From Selaginella moellendorffii (taxonomy: Eukaryota > Plantae > Lycopodiophyta), in NCBI RefSeq assembly GCF_000143415.4, contig NW_003314296.1:1153858-1217857 (forward strand): a stretch of DNA of 64,000 bases, in the 5' to 3' direction. Every line of letters begins with the position of its first letter. The stretch's first letter is position 1. Below, in pieces: positions 1 to 14,290 of this stretch. The notes below the pieces were generated by a model. It saw only the letters and a list, made by a program, of their open reading frames with translations. It was not told the DNA's origin and searched no databases. The position numbers were made by a program, and so were the translations under genes.

Positions 1-209
1 AGAATATTCGACCACCCGCCTAAAGAATATCACTCTAATATTCTGTCCTACATTTGCGGGCCAGCGGACGGCTCCCGAGCGCGGTACGTGGACATATCTT
101 GGCGGCATGGTTTCTTACAATTGGCTAGCACAAATAGTAGGTTAGCTATATAGAGTATATGATTGTTAAGCACAAAATACAAATAACCAAAAGAGAAAAC
201 GCTAGAACG

Positions 210-1142
210 CTAGAAGAAGAGTTGGCTCCACACGGAGCTTTTGAGATTGGAGTAGAGGTTGTAGAGGGAGTACTGCTGGAGCTTGGCGACTTGGTACCAG
301 GTGTTTAGAACAACGTTGTTCTTGTCAGTCCCAGAGAAGGTGACAGTGATCCCAATGCTGCAATCCACTCGGCCGCCGCGATGCCTGCAATGCGAGAGAC
401 GAACGGCGCAGTCGCCGCTCTTGAGGCACACGAAATCGTCGCGGCCGTCGGAGCACGACTTGCAATCGTTGCCCTTCCAGAGCATGTTGATCAATCGGCC
501 CTTGCGGAACTCGAGCACCTGGAAGAACGGGGAAAGAGGGGCGCGAGATGTTTATAAAGATCCTGTGTGATCTTGAAAGAGAAGCTCACCAGGGTGAAAC
601 TTGTGACGATCTTCTCGTTGTCTCCGACGAAATGTGGCTTGGATCTGGCACCGAATCGGCTCCCCGCGTAGCTGACCATGTAGAGTTCGTTTCCATTGTC
701 CTGAAAAGATCACCACGCAGTGAGAACAAACAAAGAACGGCGAGAAAACCAAGAACAATTTCACACGAAGTTCCCATTGATCTAGCCAGATCCGCAAGGA
801 ATGCGAGCGACTTACAGCATTGAGGGTGCTGGTATCGTTGACAGTGAGCAAGCTGATCTCGTCGACCCTTGGCCGGAACGCCGCGATCCGGCCGCTGTAG
901 AGATTGCTCAAGCGGCGATCGCAGGGCGAGAGCTGGGAGCGGCCGAGGAAGAAGGAGGAGTTGCTGCTAAACGCCAATCCAAACGTGAATCCATCCAGAA
1001 CCTGAACCCTAGTGTCGCCACACGGATTGAACACCGGATTCGTGTCCACGGCCGCATTGATCGATTCCAGCATCGCCATCGCCAGCGCTAGCGCCACAAC
1101 GAGGAACCTCGCCCCGCTCCTCCCCCATGGAAGAATCGCCAT
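210..1142 (-). CDS. Secreted plant Expp1-like protein (3 exons)
   Basis: Signal peptide, then DTNPVFNPCGD..DGFTFGLAFS..QLSPCDRRL..FRPRVDEISLL; 3' exon LEFRKGRLINMLWK..FSGTDK; GT-AG introns. ATG at 1142. Confidence 0.8.
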
Positions 1143-1368
1143 AAACACACACTCACTACAGCTGAGAATAGGGTTAAGACATTGATAAAGAATTAAACTT
1201 ACATATGTGCAAGAATATACTTTGGCATCCTCTTCATCCCATCCAAATCAATATCAATATCAATATATTGATATTCACATCAATATCAATCAATATCATC
1301 TCTAGAGCAGATAAATATATTAGGAATTTTATTAACTCAAATCTAGACCAGATTTATACAAATCACAA

Positions 1369-1803
1369 TCACAAAGGTGGAAGACAAAATACAGGAGCAC
1401 CATTTTCATTTTTTATGAAATTATTCATTTCTCTTTGCGATGTCCTTACTTGATCCTTTACTCCAGTATTACATGTTGTAACTAATACAGTATCATACAT
1501 TTCAGCACTACAAGAACTTAGAAAACCACCGCCAGACACTAAATCCCCTTCATGATTTCCATAAACTCTGTTGAGATCTAAATACTCGTCTTCAAAATCT
1601 GGCGGACACCTAACATGGACCCATTGCCTAAAGAAAGCAATTTCTTTGCAGGTGAATTTAAAATCTCGACACACCTCTCCCTGCCAAAAAAATAAAAATA
1701 AAAATAATTAATGCTAAAACAGAAAAATAATAACACTTACAGCAACATAATTATAATAGGTGAAAAGCGTCAATGCAAAAACTAATTTCAAAGCAGCATT
1801 CAT
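1369..1803 (-). CDS. Secreted cyanovirin-N homology (CVNH) lectin, copy 1 (exons 1803-1741, 1680-1369)
   Basis: Exon 1 MNAALKLVFALTLFTYYNYVA is a signal peptide, followed by a 60-nt GT-AG intron. Mature GEVCRDFKFTC..VRC..YLDLNRVYGNHEGDL..GFLSSC..LVTTC..EMNNFIKNENGAP matches the two-repeat CV-N pattern. Confidence 0.8.
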
Positions 1804-1956
1804 ACTTGTTACTATGCTATTATGCTAATGGCAACATAACCAATATTATTTATCACAACTCAGTAAGAACAAAGAAAGTGGGCTTGAACTATGCTTCTTA
1901 AGCAAAGTGGCCTTTAACTATGCTTCGTTTTTAAAAAGAAAAAATAAAGAAAGTTA

Positions 1957-2307
1957 ATGTACACAAACCACCAAAATGGAACATAAAAATTGATGCCTAT
2001 ACTGTTTGTTTGCTTCCATGGCCACTCATTTGTTCTTTGTTCTTTGTCCTCTTCTCTATGTTCCTTGTTCCCACCCCTCTTTTTTCCCGTGGCTTTTGCT
2101 CAGCAGAAGCAAAAGCAGACTGTGAGGTCATGTGCATCAATGGCTTCTAGGAGCTTGTCATGTTGGGTCTTCTATCCAGATTCGCATCTCAACACTTTGG
2201 CATGATATTTACTAGAGAATGTGGGTAGCAGCCAGGGATGTTTATCCTGAAAATAAAAGAAACTTCTTAAAACTAAGAATGAAAATCTCACAAGCAGATT
2301 CCAAAGC
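1957..2307 (-). pseudogene. Decayed genomic copy of the 3' end (last exons, intron, 3'UTR) of the Raf-like kinase at 14.4-14.9 kb
   Basis: Collinear matches such as tcatgttgggtcttctatcc, gcagccagggatgttt, aaagaaacttcttaaaactaaga and atgtacacaaaccacc, with deletions and C>T/G>A changes. Confidence 0.85.
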
Positions 2308-2321
2308 ATACATTTCAGCAT

Positions 2322-2365
2322 TATATATATATATAGACACACACATACACACACACACACACACA
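2322..2365. repeat. (TA)n(CA)n microsatellite
   Basis: Direct reading. Confidence 0.9.
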
Positions 2366-2531
2366 TTAATATACAAATCCAATAATGTAATATTTCACAC
2401 TCAAATGTTAGGTAGTACACAAATTTTAGAATTCTATACAGCTCTTCTAGGAGGCCAAAGTGTCCAAACTTTTGGAAATTGATTTGCAATATATATTTTT
2501 ATAATAAATAATGTGGTAATATGTTTTATGA

Positions 2532-5500
2532 TTAGTATAATACTTCTTTATATACAGTGTTAATTGTTAAGACTTGAGGGTTATATTAAATTTGTTGTCC
2601 TTTGTCAAGGGGGTGTTTTGCATTTTAATAAGTAGATTATCTGGTAATGTGCATCTAGAAAAAGCAACATACAGTTAGGCAAGTGTGACAACAAAGTAAT
2701 GTAAATAGTCCTCAAACTTATTTAAATGTTTGCCCTTTACATTTAAAAATTATTAGACAATAACCCTAAAAAACTACCTGGTCAGTTTCATCAGCGAGAC
2801 GAGCGCCTGCATTTAAACGCAACACGAGCTCCAGCGTTTTGAAACTCGACTTACAGCCCTGAGTCCCATGGATCGGTGGGTCGCTGGGGGATCTAGCAGC
2901 CATGGTGGGAGGTTTGATCCCAAAAGATGTTGACAACAATAAACATCCTGACCACCACCCAACTTAGTACTATTTAAATAAAAGGATGTTTAATCACAAA
3001 TATTTTAAGACCTTTAATAAATTAAAAAAAACATGCACTTTTATTCATAGCTTTTTCCCTCTATATTTAAATCCTTATAAATTGTCTTTTGAGTCATTCC
3101 CTTTAATTGTTTATATTCCCTACAAATTCACACCCTCGGAAAAAAAAATTGAAAGCTACAACTATTCCAAAAACTTTGCTCTCTTGACACTTTGTTTTTG
3201 GGTCAAGCTCAACCAATGGTAAATTGGACCCTTGCCAGATGTTAATCTCAACAAGTAGTGTGATTCATTTAACTAATTAACAAAGTTACATCCAATATCT
3301 TTCTGATACCAAAAGTAGATTTATAAATTTAGACTTCCCAGCTTAATACGATTCAAATAAAAGGACGTTTAACCTCAAATATCTTAAAATTTTTAATCGA
3401 TTAGAAAAAAAAAAGTGCACTCATTCTTTATAGACCTTTTCTTTTTTATATTCAAATCCCTATGGATCACCTCTTTAGTTGTTCCCTTTGTCTATTTAGA
3501 GTTTACAGTATCCCTTTATATTGGCCAATGATTATTTAACAATTTAAATGAAAAGCTTTTAACAATAATTTGGTCCCATTACATAAAGGAGATATATTAC
3601 AAGATAACAATAGCACCTTCTTTGATTATTAATTTATGTAGTGGCAAACTAAAGGGGTAATTGAGTTTAAAATTCAATTGAAAAGTCCTCATGATGGTGA
3701 GTCTATGTTTTAAAGTGTATTGTAGTTTTGATATTATAGTATTATTAATTAAGAAAGCGTTCATCACTAAGTGGGGCTGAAGTAACTCCTTTTCAGAAAA
3801 ATTTATATTTGTGATATCTTCTAAATGTGGAAATACAAAATATTTTAGAGAAGTTATAATAATTTTATCAAAAGGAATAATTATAGAAATAAGAGGTAAT
3901 GAAATATCTCATACATAATTATTTCCATATCCCACTTGCAACAACCAATCAACCCATTGTGTATAAGCTGAATCAAGAAGCATATTATTATATAGTTGCA
4001 TTTCCAACAGTGTTCCAAAATTTATTAATTCTTACAGATGTTGCTACAATTTCAGCTCTATGGCCAGGATTATAGGCAATTTTTTTTTCTAAAAACCCCA
4101 AAATTAATAATAACAATACCACTGTTGTTTTGTTTAAAATATCTCAAATGATGATCAACTATTGTAAATGCATGTGTATGAACCATATTAATTTCATCCT
4201 AAATAAATAACGGAATAGCTTTAATTTGTTTTCCAACTCACTATTAATTTTTATTTATTGGAAGTGAATTTTAAATGTTATATGAGATGTGTGACCATTG
4301 TAAAATAAAGTGCTTGTTATACCAGTTCATGCCATTCTTTCAATTTTGATATTAATAAATATTTGATTGTATATTATTGTATTTATCACAAAAATTCCAC
4401 CAGTGCCACCCAAACCATCAATAAATATAAGGAAAATTATTTCAGTGGAATGTTCACCTATTATGTATTTGAATAGAGTTTACTAGTCATTGCTAAAATT
4501 AGAAATCTTATTATTAAGGGAAAGCAAATAGAAAGGACTGTTGCTTTGGATTACATATGCAGAGAGAGCTCAGAGTGATGGTGGCAAGTGAGAATGATAA
4601 TATGCAATTATGATATTTAACATTGACACTGTCATCAATATCTGGCATATAAAAATATTCTTGTAACTTGTAATTATATATGTTTATAAATTGAGTTATT
4701 AAGTGCATGATTTTCAACAAGCATAGGCAATTGATGATTTTGATTTCTTTTTTCCATATAATTTCATTTTGGAGTTTATATCTATTTAAGATAATTCAAA
4801 ATAAAAATCTGGGTCAGTTCTTAAGAAGTTTTCATAAAACATATTTTTTAAATATCTCCCAAAAACTTAGTGAATATTTGGGATTGAAAATTATAAGTAT
4901 AAATAAAAATAATTGCCTAAATTGTGAAAGCATTCTAAAAATAACAGCTTCTTTTATATATTTTTGCATTTCCATATGGAGACCTATAAGAAATTTCACT
5001 TGTTAAACTTAACAGTTTTCAAATCATCAAATGATGTAGAAGTATTAAACATAAATAATAAAGTTTAACATTAGATGGAAAAATAGAATATTTCCAAGGA
5101 ATTACTTGTTTTTTTCTTCTTGGTTGTGAAGGGATTCTCTTGTTAAATATATAACTTAAAGGATTTTTTATATACATATAATTTTATACATTTTTATTAA
5201 AATTATTAATTTTAAACGATTTTGCTAATATGGTACCATTTTTTGTTGCACTTTCTAATTCACTTTGTTCCAACCTTCTAAAAAATATACATTTTGTTAA
5301 TTTTGGAAGGTGAAATAGAAGTTATGTTGTAGATATTGAATAACTATAAATTTTAAATATGAAATTTCTCTAAATAATTTTAATGTGTAGAAACATACTA
5401 AGTACTATATAAGTTGTTATTTTATCTTAAGTTAATCTTGCCTCATTATATATAATTTTTTGAATTTTCATTGTAGCACAATCATTTCTTTTATGCTTAT

Positions 5501-6450
5501 AAAAGATAATAATAATAATTATTTAATACTTTAATAGATGTATAAATGTTAGTATTTATATGAAATATGAAGACCAAGGGTACACTATAATGCTATATGC
5601 TAATATTAGTGTAGTGGAATTTTTAGAGCCATCAAGATTAGTTTTAATTTGAATGACTCACTCCTATATACAAACTAGATTTTGGGCTAATTAAATATGC
5701 ATATTCATTTTCATATTGTAGGGGCAACTTTATACTTGCAAAATGTTTGGATTTATACTTTTGATTTAGATATACTTTTTGCATCATCTAAATTTTTCTT
5801 TTTTTTTATAGCGTTTTCTTTTTGTTCATCTTTATGGTAGAGCATCAACTTCCTCCTCCTTTGATTTTGGAGAAGAAATTAGTACACTTACTTAATGCTA
5901 TGTAGTAATCAAACTAATTAATAGTGACATTCACAACTACTTTTACTGTCAATCCTCGTATTTGACTGGAGTTCTTATATGGGAGTGTTAGAGATGATGT
6001 ATACTATTAATTCGATTACTTTATAATGATTATCATTTATCATTTTTGGGATGATATTTAACATTTGTATGAATTTCCCATGTGTCTCCAAGAGACAATA
6101 TTGTAATGGTATAATGGTTTAAGTGTAGCCACTCATGTGGATTGGAGCCTTTTCTATTACATCTTCAAGTGCACATTTGGATATGCTGATGATTGTGATG
6201 GTTCATTTTAATAATTGCATCATTTCCATTAAAGGCCATTTGAGTCAATAATGTAGTTTGGTATTTGCCTTTGAAGCTGTTTGCTTAATACGGAGCTAAA
6301 TATATCAAAATGAATCAAATTAGGAATGTTATAATTAGCACTTTATCAAGATTTTATGGGACTTGTGCGTGCATTTACTTTCACCACCCTTGACAATGGC
6401 CTTTGACTAATATAACGTTATAAAATATTACCTTTTCCATACATTTCAAT
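2532..6450 (-). mobile_element. Degenerate Helitron (RepHel) remnant
   Basis: Minus-strand PIF1-helicase motifs in canonical order: FIDGLGGTG (Walker A, ~4397-4425), TGITSTL..GHTSH, DEINMVHTHAF (~4150-4204), WVDWLLQVGYGN (~3925-3960), LPLHKLIIKEG, LCNGT (~3570-3590), KGQTF..LYVAFSRC (~2651-2740). Rep-side motifs TSFDDLKTV, QFRQLF, HIN..SIK lie upstream. Possible CTAA|T 3' end at 2532. Many stops and frameshifts; 5' boundary approximate. Confidence 0.85.
2978..3500. repeat. Diverged ~140-bp direct repeat pair (2978-3120, 3356-3500) inserted in the Helitron helicase
   Basis: aaaggatgtttaatcacaaatattttaag..tgcact..atccttat vs aaaggacgtttaacctcaaatatcttaaa..tgcact..atccctat. Confidence 0.6.
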
Positions 6451-6549
6451 TCCACTTTTTGTGGGAGATGGTTTTGTTTTAATAGAGGTTGACACTATTG
6501 TTGCTTGTATTTAAGGATAAGGGCAAGGATGTAATCGTGGCTATGATGT

Positions 6550-7930
6550 TTTGTGCTTGGCATGTGATAAGGTTGACCACACATATCATTGTTGTCAACA
6601 TTTTCTAAATTAACATCTTTCGTTTCTTGGGTGGAGACACTAGCATCAATAATGTCCTATTAATTCTATTATAATGGAAGGTTTTGATACAAAGATTCTT
6701 CTAGGAAATGAGGAATCATATAAGTAATGAAGGGTCTTTATGCAAATCAATGACCCCTTAATTTTTTTTTCATGAGTACTATTAAAGTGCTCACTTGGCA
6801 CAAGTTTATCTAGTGTTTATTTTCCTATATTGTTATCTACAATTATGTTATGTGGTAAAACTAATCTTTATCCTTTATGGCAATAGACATATATATGGGA
6901 TAAAGTAAATCTAGCTATATATATAAGTGATCTTGAACTTAAATTTCAATCATTGGGGTGGTGTTGATTCAAACTTTTGACCTCATCCTTTATATAAATT
7001 GATTGTAGCACAATTATGTCAAGTTTAAAGTTAAAACATCTCTTTTCTGTCTTATATTTTTTCATCTTTTTTCCATTCCTCTTATTTCTATTCCACTTCA
7101 TCCCTTTGTTTTGACATTTGTTTTCATCACTTTTATTTCCTCATTATTTCCTATTATGTTTTTGTGTTGCTTCTTTATTCCATTTTCATATCACTCTAAT
7201 AGTTTTTATGTTGTAGCAATTGACTGACTCAAGAAAGAGTATGTTAATTTTTTTGACTTTGACCTTTTTTTTTGGATCAAGATTGCAACACATCATCCTT
7301 TTATAATTGAGGATGCTCATTTAATCAAGACTCACATTTAACATCAGTCACTATAAGAGATTAAAATTTTATATACCAATATCAAAGAGATGTTGGAGAA
7401 GAGTGTTATCTTAAAGTCTTAGAGTCTTTAAGTGTGTGAATTTCATTTTATGATAAAGTTTAATAGGAATATTCAATTTTATGTCAACTATTATTAGTTA
7501 AATAAAGTAACTATCCCAAATATGTACCCTCTTTTTCATACTATTGATCTACTAAATCATTTGGGGAGAAGTTATTAATTTATCAAGTTAGATTTTATTT
7601 CTAGGTACTGACATGTGTTAATGACCAAAGAAGATGTTCCCAAGATTATTTTTGGTACACCATTTAGTTTATACAAGTTTTTAGTAATGTTGTTTGGTTT
7701 AAATAATACTTTGGTGACTTTTTAGTGGATGATGAATGAGGTTTTTTGTGATATATTAGAAGTAATTATTTACTTCATCAATGACGTATTAATCTATTCA
7801 GAAGGGATATAGGAGGAGCATATCTATAATGTTTGCAAAGTGTTAAATCAGTTACAAAAGTTGATTTAAAGTGAAACAGTTGAAATATGTGTTTAGGTCC
7901 AAGGACGCAACTTATCTTATCATATACTAA
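6550..7930 (+). mobile_element. Degenerate Ty3/gypsy gag-pol remnant (zinc knuckle, RT)
   Basis: CLACDKVDHTYHCC (CX2CX4HX4C) at ~6555-6597. RT LNKVTIPNMYPL..FIKLD..EDVPK..YKFLVMLFGLNN..MMNEVF..YFINDVLIYS..EEH at 7500-7860, with stops. Confidence 0.8.
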
Positions 7931-7969
7931 TGAGTATGGCAATCATTGCTATTTAAAAACTATATTTAG

Positions 7970-8650
7970 TGTAAGTGTGCTCTTGTTTGTTAGGAGGCTT
8001 ATCCTCCTAACAAACATGCCTCACTTTACCTCACTCTCCATGCAGTGATTTTTCTTTCTCTTTCCCCAAAAGCAATCTGATTGATACATTGATTTAAATA
8101 CACCCTTCTTTTACAATGATATATACACTTTAAGATGCCCTTCAAGATTCTATTCAACAAGAAAGAAAAACCAATAGATTCCATCACTTGCGACTTTTCT
8201 AAATATACTTGTTTGTGTCCTCTTCATCATCACTGCTGCTGCTGATCTTCTTGTCGTCAGGGTCTGAGTCTTCTAGCTCGTCCTCGGAACAATCTCCGTC
8301 TTCTTTGTCAGGATAGTCACACTCGGGAGAAGATTTTGAGGAGTTGGCCATCCTAACCACTCAACATCATAGCCCAATCAATCTAGCACTCACCTCTTCC
8401 CCCATATACTCCATGCTCACTCATTGTTCCCAAGCAATGCACCAAAATCATATGAGCATAACAAGTCATTGCTATCCAGACATTAATATTATTGTGAGTG
8501 TGCTCTTTTATGTTGGGAGGCTCATCCTCTACCTCACTCTCCATTCAAGGATTTCTCTCTCTTGCAATTTGATTGATTCAAAATAAGATATACCACCTTT
8601 TTACTAGGATACCCTTCAAAATTCTAAATAGATCCTTTTTTGATCTTACA
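7970..8650. repeat. Diverged direct repeat pair (7970-8152, 8494-8626), possibly LTR/TE-derived
   Basis: gtaagtgtgctcttgtttgttaggaggcttatcctc..cctcactctcca..cccttcaagattcta vs gtgagtgtgctcttttatgttgggaggctcatcctc..cctcactctcca..cccttcaaaattcta. Confidence 0.6.
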
Positions 8651-8828
8651 ATCCTACAAATCAATGATTATTGCTCCAACTCTATTCTAGATAGAGATAG
8701 AATTTATTAACCATCTTACACAGACCATGGAATCACAATAGTAGCAATTCTAATTCAATTGCCTCTATACCATTCAAAAACTCAAAATTAATTCTAAATC
8801 AGATGGATCTATTATTAATCTTATTAGA

Positions 8829-9260
8829 TTATAAAGGTGGAATACAGAATTTAAGTTCACCATTTTCATATTTTAGCAAATTATTCATTTCTATACGTGA
8901 TTCTTGAAATTTCCCCTTTTCTTTAGCTGCACATACTAGAACTAATAAAGTATCATACATTTCAGCAGTACAAGAATCTATATAGCCACTTCCCTTCACT
9001 AAACCTCCATCATCATTCCCAAGCACTTTGTCAAGATCATAATACTGATCATCTGAATATTCTTTTTCATTATCTCCCCTGCACCTAACATGGATCCATT
9101 GCCTAATAAGACTAATTTCTATGCAATAGAATTTAAAATTTCGACACACATCACCCTGCAAAAGTAAATGTTACTAATTAAACAGAATAGATTTTACACT
9201 TACAATAGCATAAGAGGTGAAAAGCATCAATCCTAAAAATAATTTCAAAGCTGCATTCAT
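8829..9260 (-). CDS. Secreted CVNH lectin, copy 2 (exons 9260-9204, 9155-8829)
   Basis: MNAALKLFLGLMLFTSYAI, 48-nt intron, then GDVCRNFKFYC..YDLDKVLGNDDGGL..YIDSC..LVC..IEMNNLLKYENGELKFCIPPL. Paralog of 1369-1803 with the same intron position. Confidence 0.8.
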
Positions 9261-9590
9261 ATTTATTAGTATGTGATTTTACTGATAGGAGCATAATTAT
9301 TTATCACAACTCAGTAACAATAGTGTAAATGATAGGTCCAATGCTTCTTATGGTAGCACAAGTGGCAGTGAACAAGCTTATCAATAATCTGCACTATATA
9401 TAAAATGGTATATTCTTTTTTATTTGCAGCCACAATTTTAGGGTTCTTGAGGTAGTGTGCCCCAATGGGAGCTTGATGCCACTACCTAGAGAGCTTGCTA
9501 GAATCGTCCAAGCGTTGATCCATTCTAGTGCTTGCTCTAGAACCCTAGAAAAAATGGGCGAGAGTTAGGTCAGTGATGCGAATGTGATGA

Positions 9591-11595
<2,005 letters not shown>

Positions 11596-11781
11596 AGATA
11601 AAAGGTTCTCTCATTGTAAATAGCTGCGATTACTTGAAATCCACTTGACGCATAAAGCTATACGAAAATTCTCACAAATTCCTTGCCTGTTTTTGTCGTG
11701 GTAGATCGAATTCGAGCCACAGGAACAAAAAGTTGGCGCACGAAACCTCGTCTCTTACATGTTCTTTCATTAGGAACGTTC

Positions 11782-14277
11782 TCACGTCCTTCGGCGCTTA
11801 GTGGTGGTACTGGTAGTGGCCTTCGTGCTTGGACGTCTCTTTCGCAGGGTCTGTAATAACAAAGCAGAACAAGAGATGAAAAGAGAAAAACGCTCTCCTT
11901 ACATTGTCCAGCTCAAAGAGTTCGTCCGCAAGCTCCTCCTCGGCGGCCCTCTTTTTTTCTTGCTTGATCTCTTCCTCTATATCATCAAAGTAGCTCGTCT
12001 CTCTGCGAAAGAACAAAAAAGATTACTCGAGTCCAAATTGTTTTCTCGCCATAGCCTTACCGATATGCCTCTGAAGCAAACGGCACAAACGCGTGGAAAC
12101 TGTTGCCAGGAACTGCGCCAACCTGTGGATCAAAGCATACGACCGTTAACTTGACGTGATATAACCAGCCAAAGTTCATACTCTGCGGAAGTTTTTGAAG
12201 TTGATTCCGCTCACTTCAGGCCTTTCGTTTTGCGGCTCTTGGACAACCAGTCCCACGACGTATCTGACTTCGCCATACTCCTTGTCAATCGCTTCACCGT
12301 AGTCTTCCTTCTCCTTCACACTTTTTGCTGTAAATGTCGCCTTACTTCTCGCTAGTGGGGCAGTATCGCGTTCCAACGATTCCAGCTTACTTGGTTCGCC
12401 TGTTTCAAAGTAAAAATGTTAGCCAGTGCACATTCTTCGATCATGTTTCTACCGTTTCCTTCGTCCTTCATACTTTCGCTTGTGACTGCTTTGGGCGATG
12501 AACCAACGCATTTTTGAGCTGTGGGAGATTCAGCCGATGACTCGAGTGCTGCAGGTAGCAAATAGTAGTCGGCCTTAAAACACAAGATATCTTACCAACA
12601 GTCTTGCCCTTCGCCTTCGTACGCGATACTGGAGGAGATGTTTCGCGTTTGATGACCTCGGGTTGTTTTACCCGTTCCTTGATGTTCTGTAAGGTTCGAG
12701 AAGTGAGCTCTCTTTTTGAAATAGAAAAATAACGATTACTTTGGGAGGAGTCTCGGCCACGGAGTCGGAATCATCGTCAGAGTCCTGGAGATCAACAGTC
12801 GCGTCCGTAGATTGGCTTTCTGCAGGGCCTGAAAACGAAGATATATTAAGCTGTAATACAGCAATGCAAGTGCATACTTTGCTGGACGTAAAAAGCAGAG
12901 ATGTCTTTGCATCCACTCAAGATGCCAAGTATCAAGCTTTTTTCTCTAATTCTTTGAAGATGTTGAAAGCCTGCGAAGTCTTCCTCCGCTTCAACGAAAT
13001 GAGGAACAATGAGGATTTGTTGCTGCTTTGAATCCTGATAAAAACAACATCAATAATAATACAAAACTGATTCGTCCAAGTTTAGGTACCTGAACTTTTT
13101 TCTTGGAAATAAGCTGTAATGTTCCTCCGGCAGCAGTGACAATCGATGATAAGTTTTTGTTGCAATAATACTGCAGTGCAGGCAGACAACACATTATTAG
13201 CATAATTCTGGCTTACTCAACGTTCGGACCTTGTGAAGAGATGTAGCTAGAAAAGCTATACCCTCGTAAGTCGACAAACGAGAACCAGGCTGTACAACTT
13301 TCACATCTGAGCCATCATCTTCATCTAGCTCAAACTTCAGAGTAGGAGTATAGCTAAAACCAAATGCATCAAATAAGAAGTTGTTAATATGACAATGCTT
13401 CACCTGGAGCACTTTGGGATCTCTTGTACGGGTCCACCGGAGCTCGCAACATTCTACAAGAAAGCAGATAGTTCTACCGAAAGAAATCAAACATCAGAAA
13501 AGAGAAGAAAAGAAGTACCTCCAGCCATTTCAATGACACGACCGGCTTTTGTTGGCTCGCTGCCATCAAAACCATTTCTGTCACGGAGGAGCCATCCTCC
13601 ACAAGCAAGTGAGTGCATTCCTCGTCCCATTTTTCCACACAGCGTGCCCCTTGAATGATCACACCAGACTTCAGCTCTACTTTCTTCAAGAAAACCTTAC
13701 CAAAAGCAGTGTTTGCCTTTGAGATCACATTGCGAGCCTGGGACGCTGAAACGCAGAAGAAGAAATGCTCGTACGTGGCCCTGGAAACACCAAGGCAAAA
13801 TCAGCAAAAGCAAAACCAAGAAAGAACTAGAGGACCTAAAGGTACTGCTACCCGTTCCAAACGTGATCTCATCCCCATCCTTTACAGGAGCTTCCTTGCC
13901 TGGCAGCTCCAACACAGGCCTCGCTCGTCCTCCTCCAGCCCCCTTGTTGAGAAACGTCCCAAACTTGGACAAATCCCTCACGATCGCTTCGCATTTCGTC
14001 CCGCCAGGAGGCAATGGGAGCACCACGAACTCGGCGTGGACGCGCGACACGGTCTTGTCCGTGGCGATGCACACCGCGCAATCTGCCGGCACGAGAGAAA
14101 TATTCCGATCTAGCGGACCAAGAAATCGATCGATTCTACCTTTCCTGCCGATCTTGTAAGCGCCGGGCGCCGTGAAGCAGTAGCTCCGAGCATCTGCCGA
14201 GAGATCTGAGAGGAGAATCGCGAGAAAATAAACTCACCGGCAGAGGCATTCTTGAGGGCGCCAAGCTTCCAAACCAT
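11782..14277 (-). CDS. NBS1: Nijmegen breakage syndrome 1 (FHA-BRCT, MRN subunit)
   Basis: FHA (IGR..DKTVSRVHA..DLSKFGTFLN), BRCT (CTHLLV..PVVSLKWL), MRE11-binding NFKNFRR, acidic C-terminus EELADELF. Confidence 0.9.
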
Positions 14278-14290
14278 GGATGGAGCCCTA

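Noticed and set aside
4500-5006. + strand ORF and an FGL..REL pattern suggesting a tyrosine recombinase
   Set aside because: The minus strand carries ordered Helitron motifs here; the + strand pattern is incidental.
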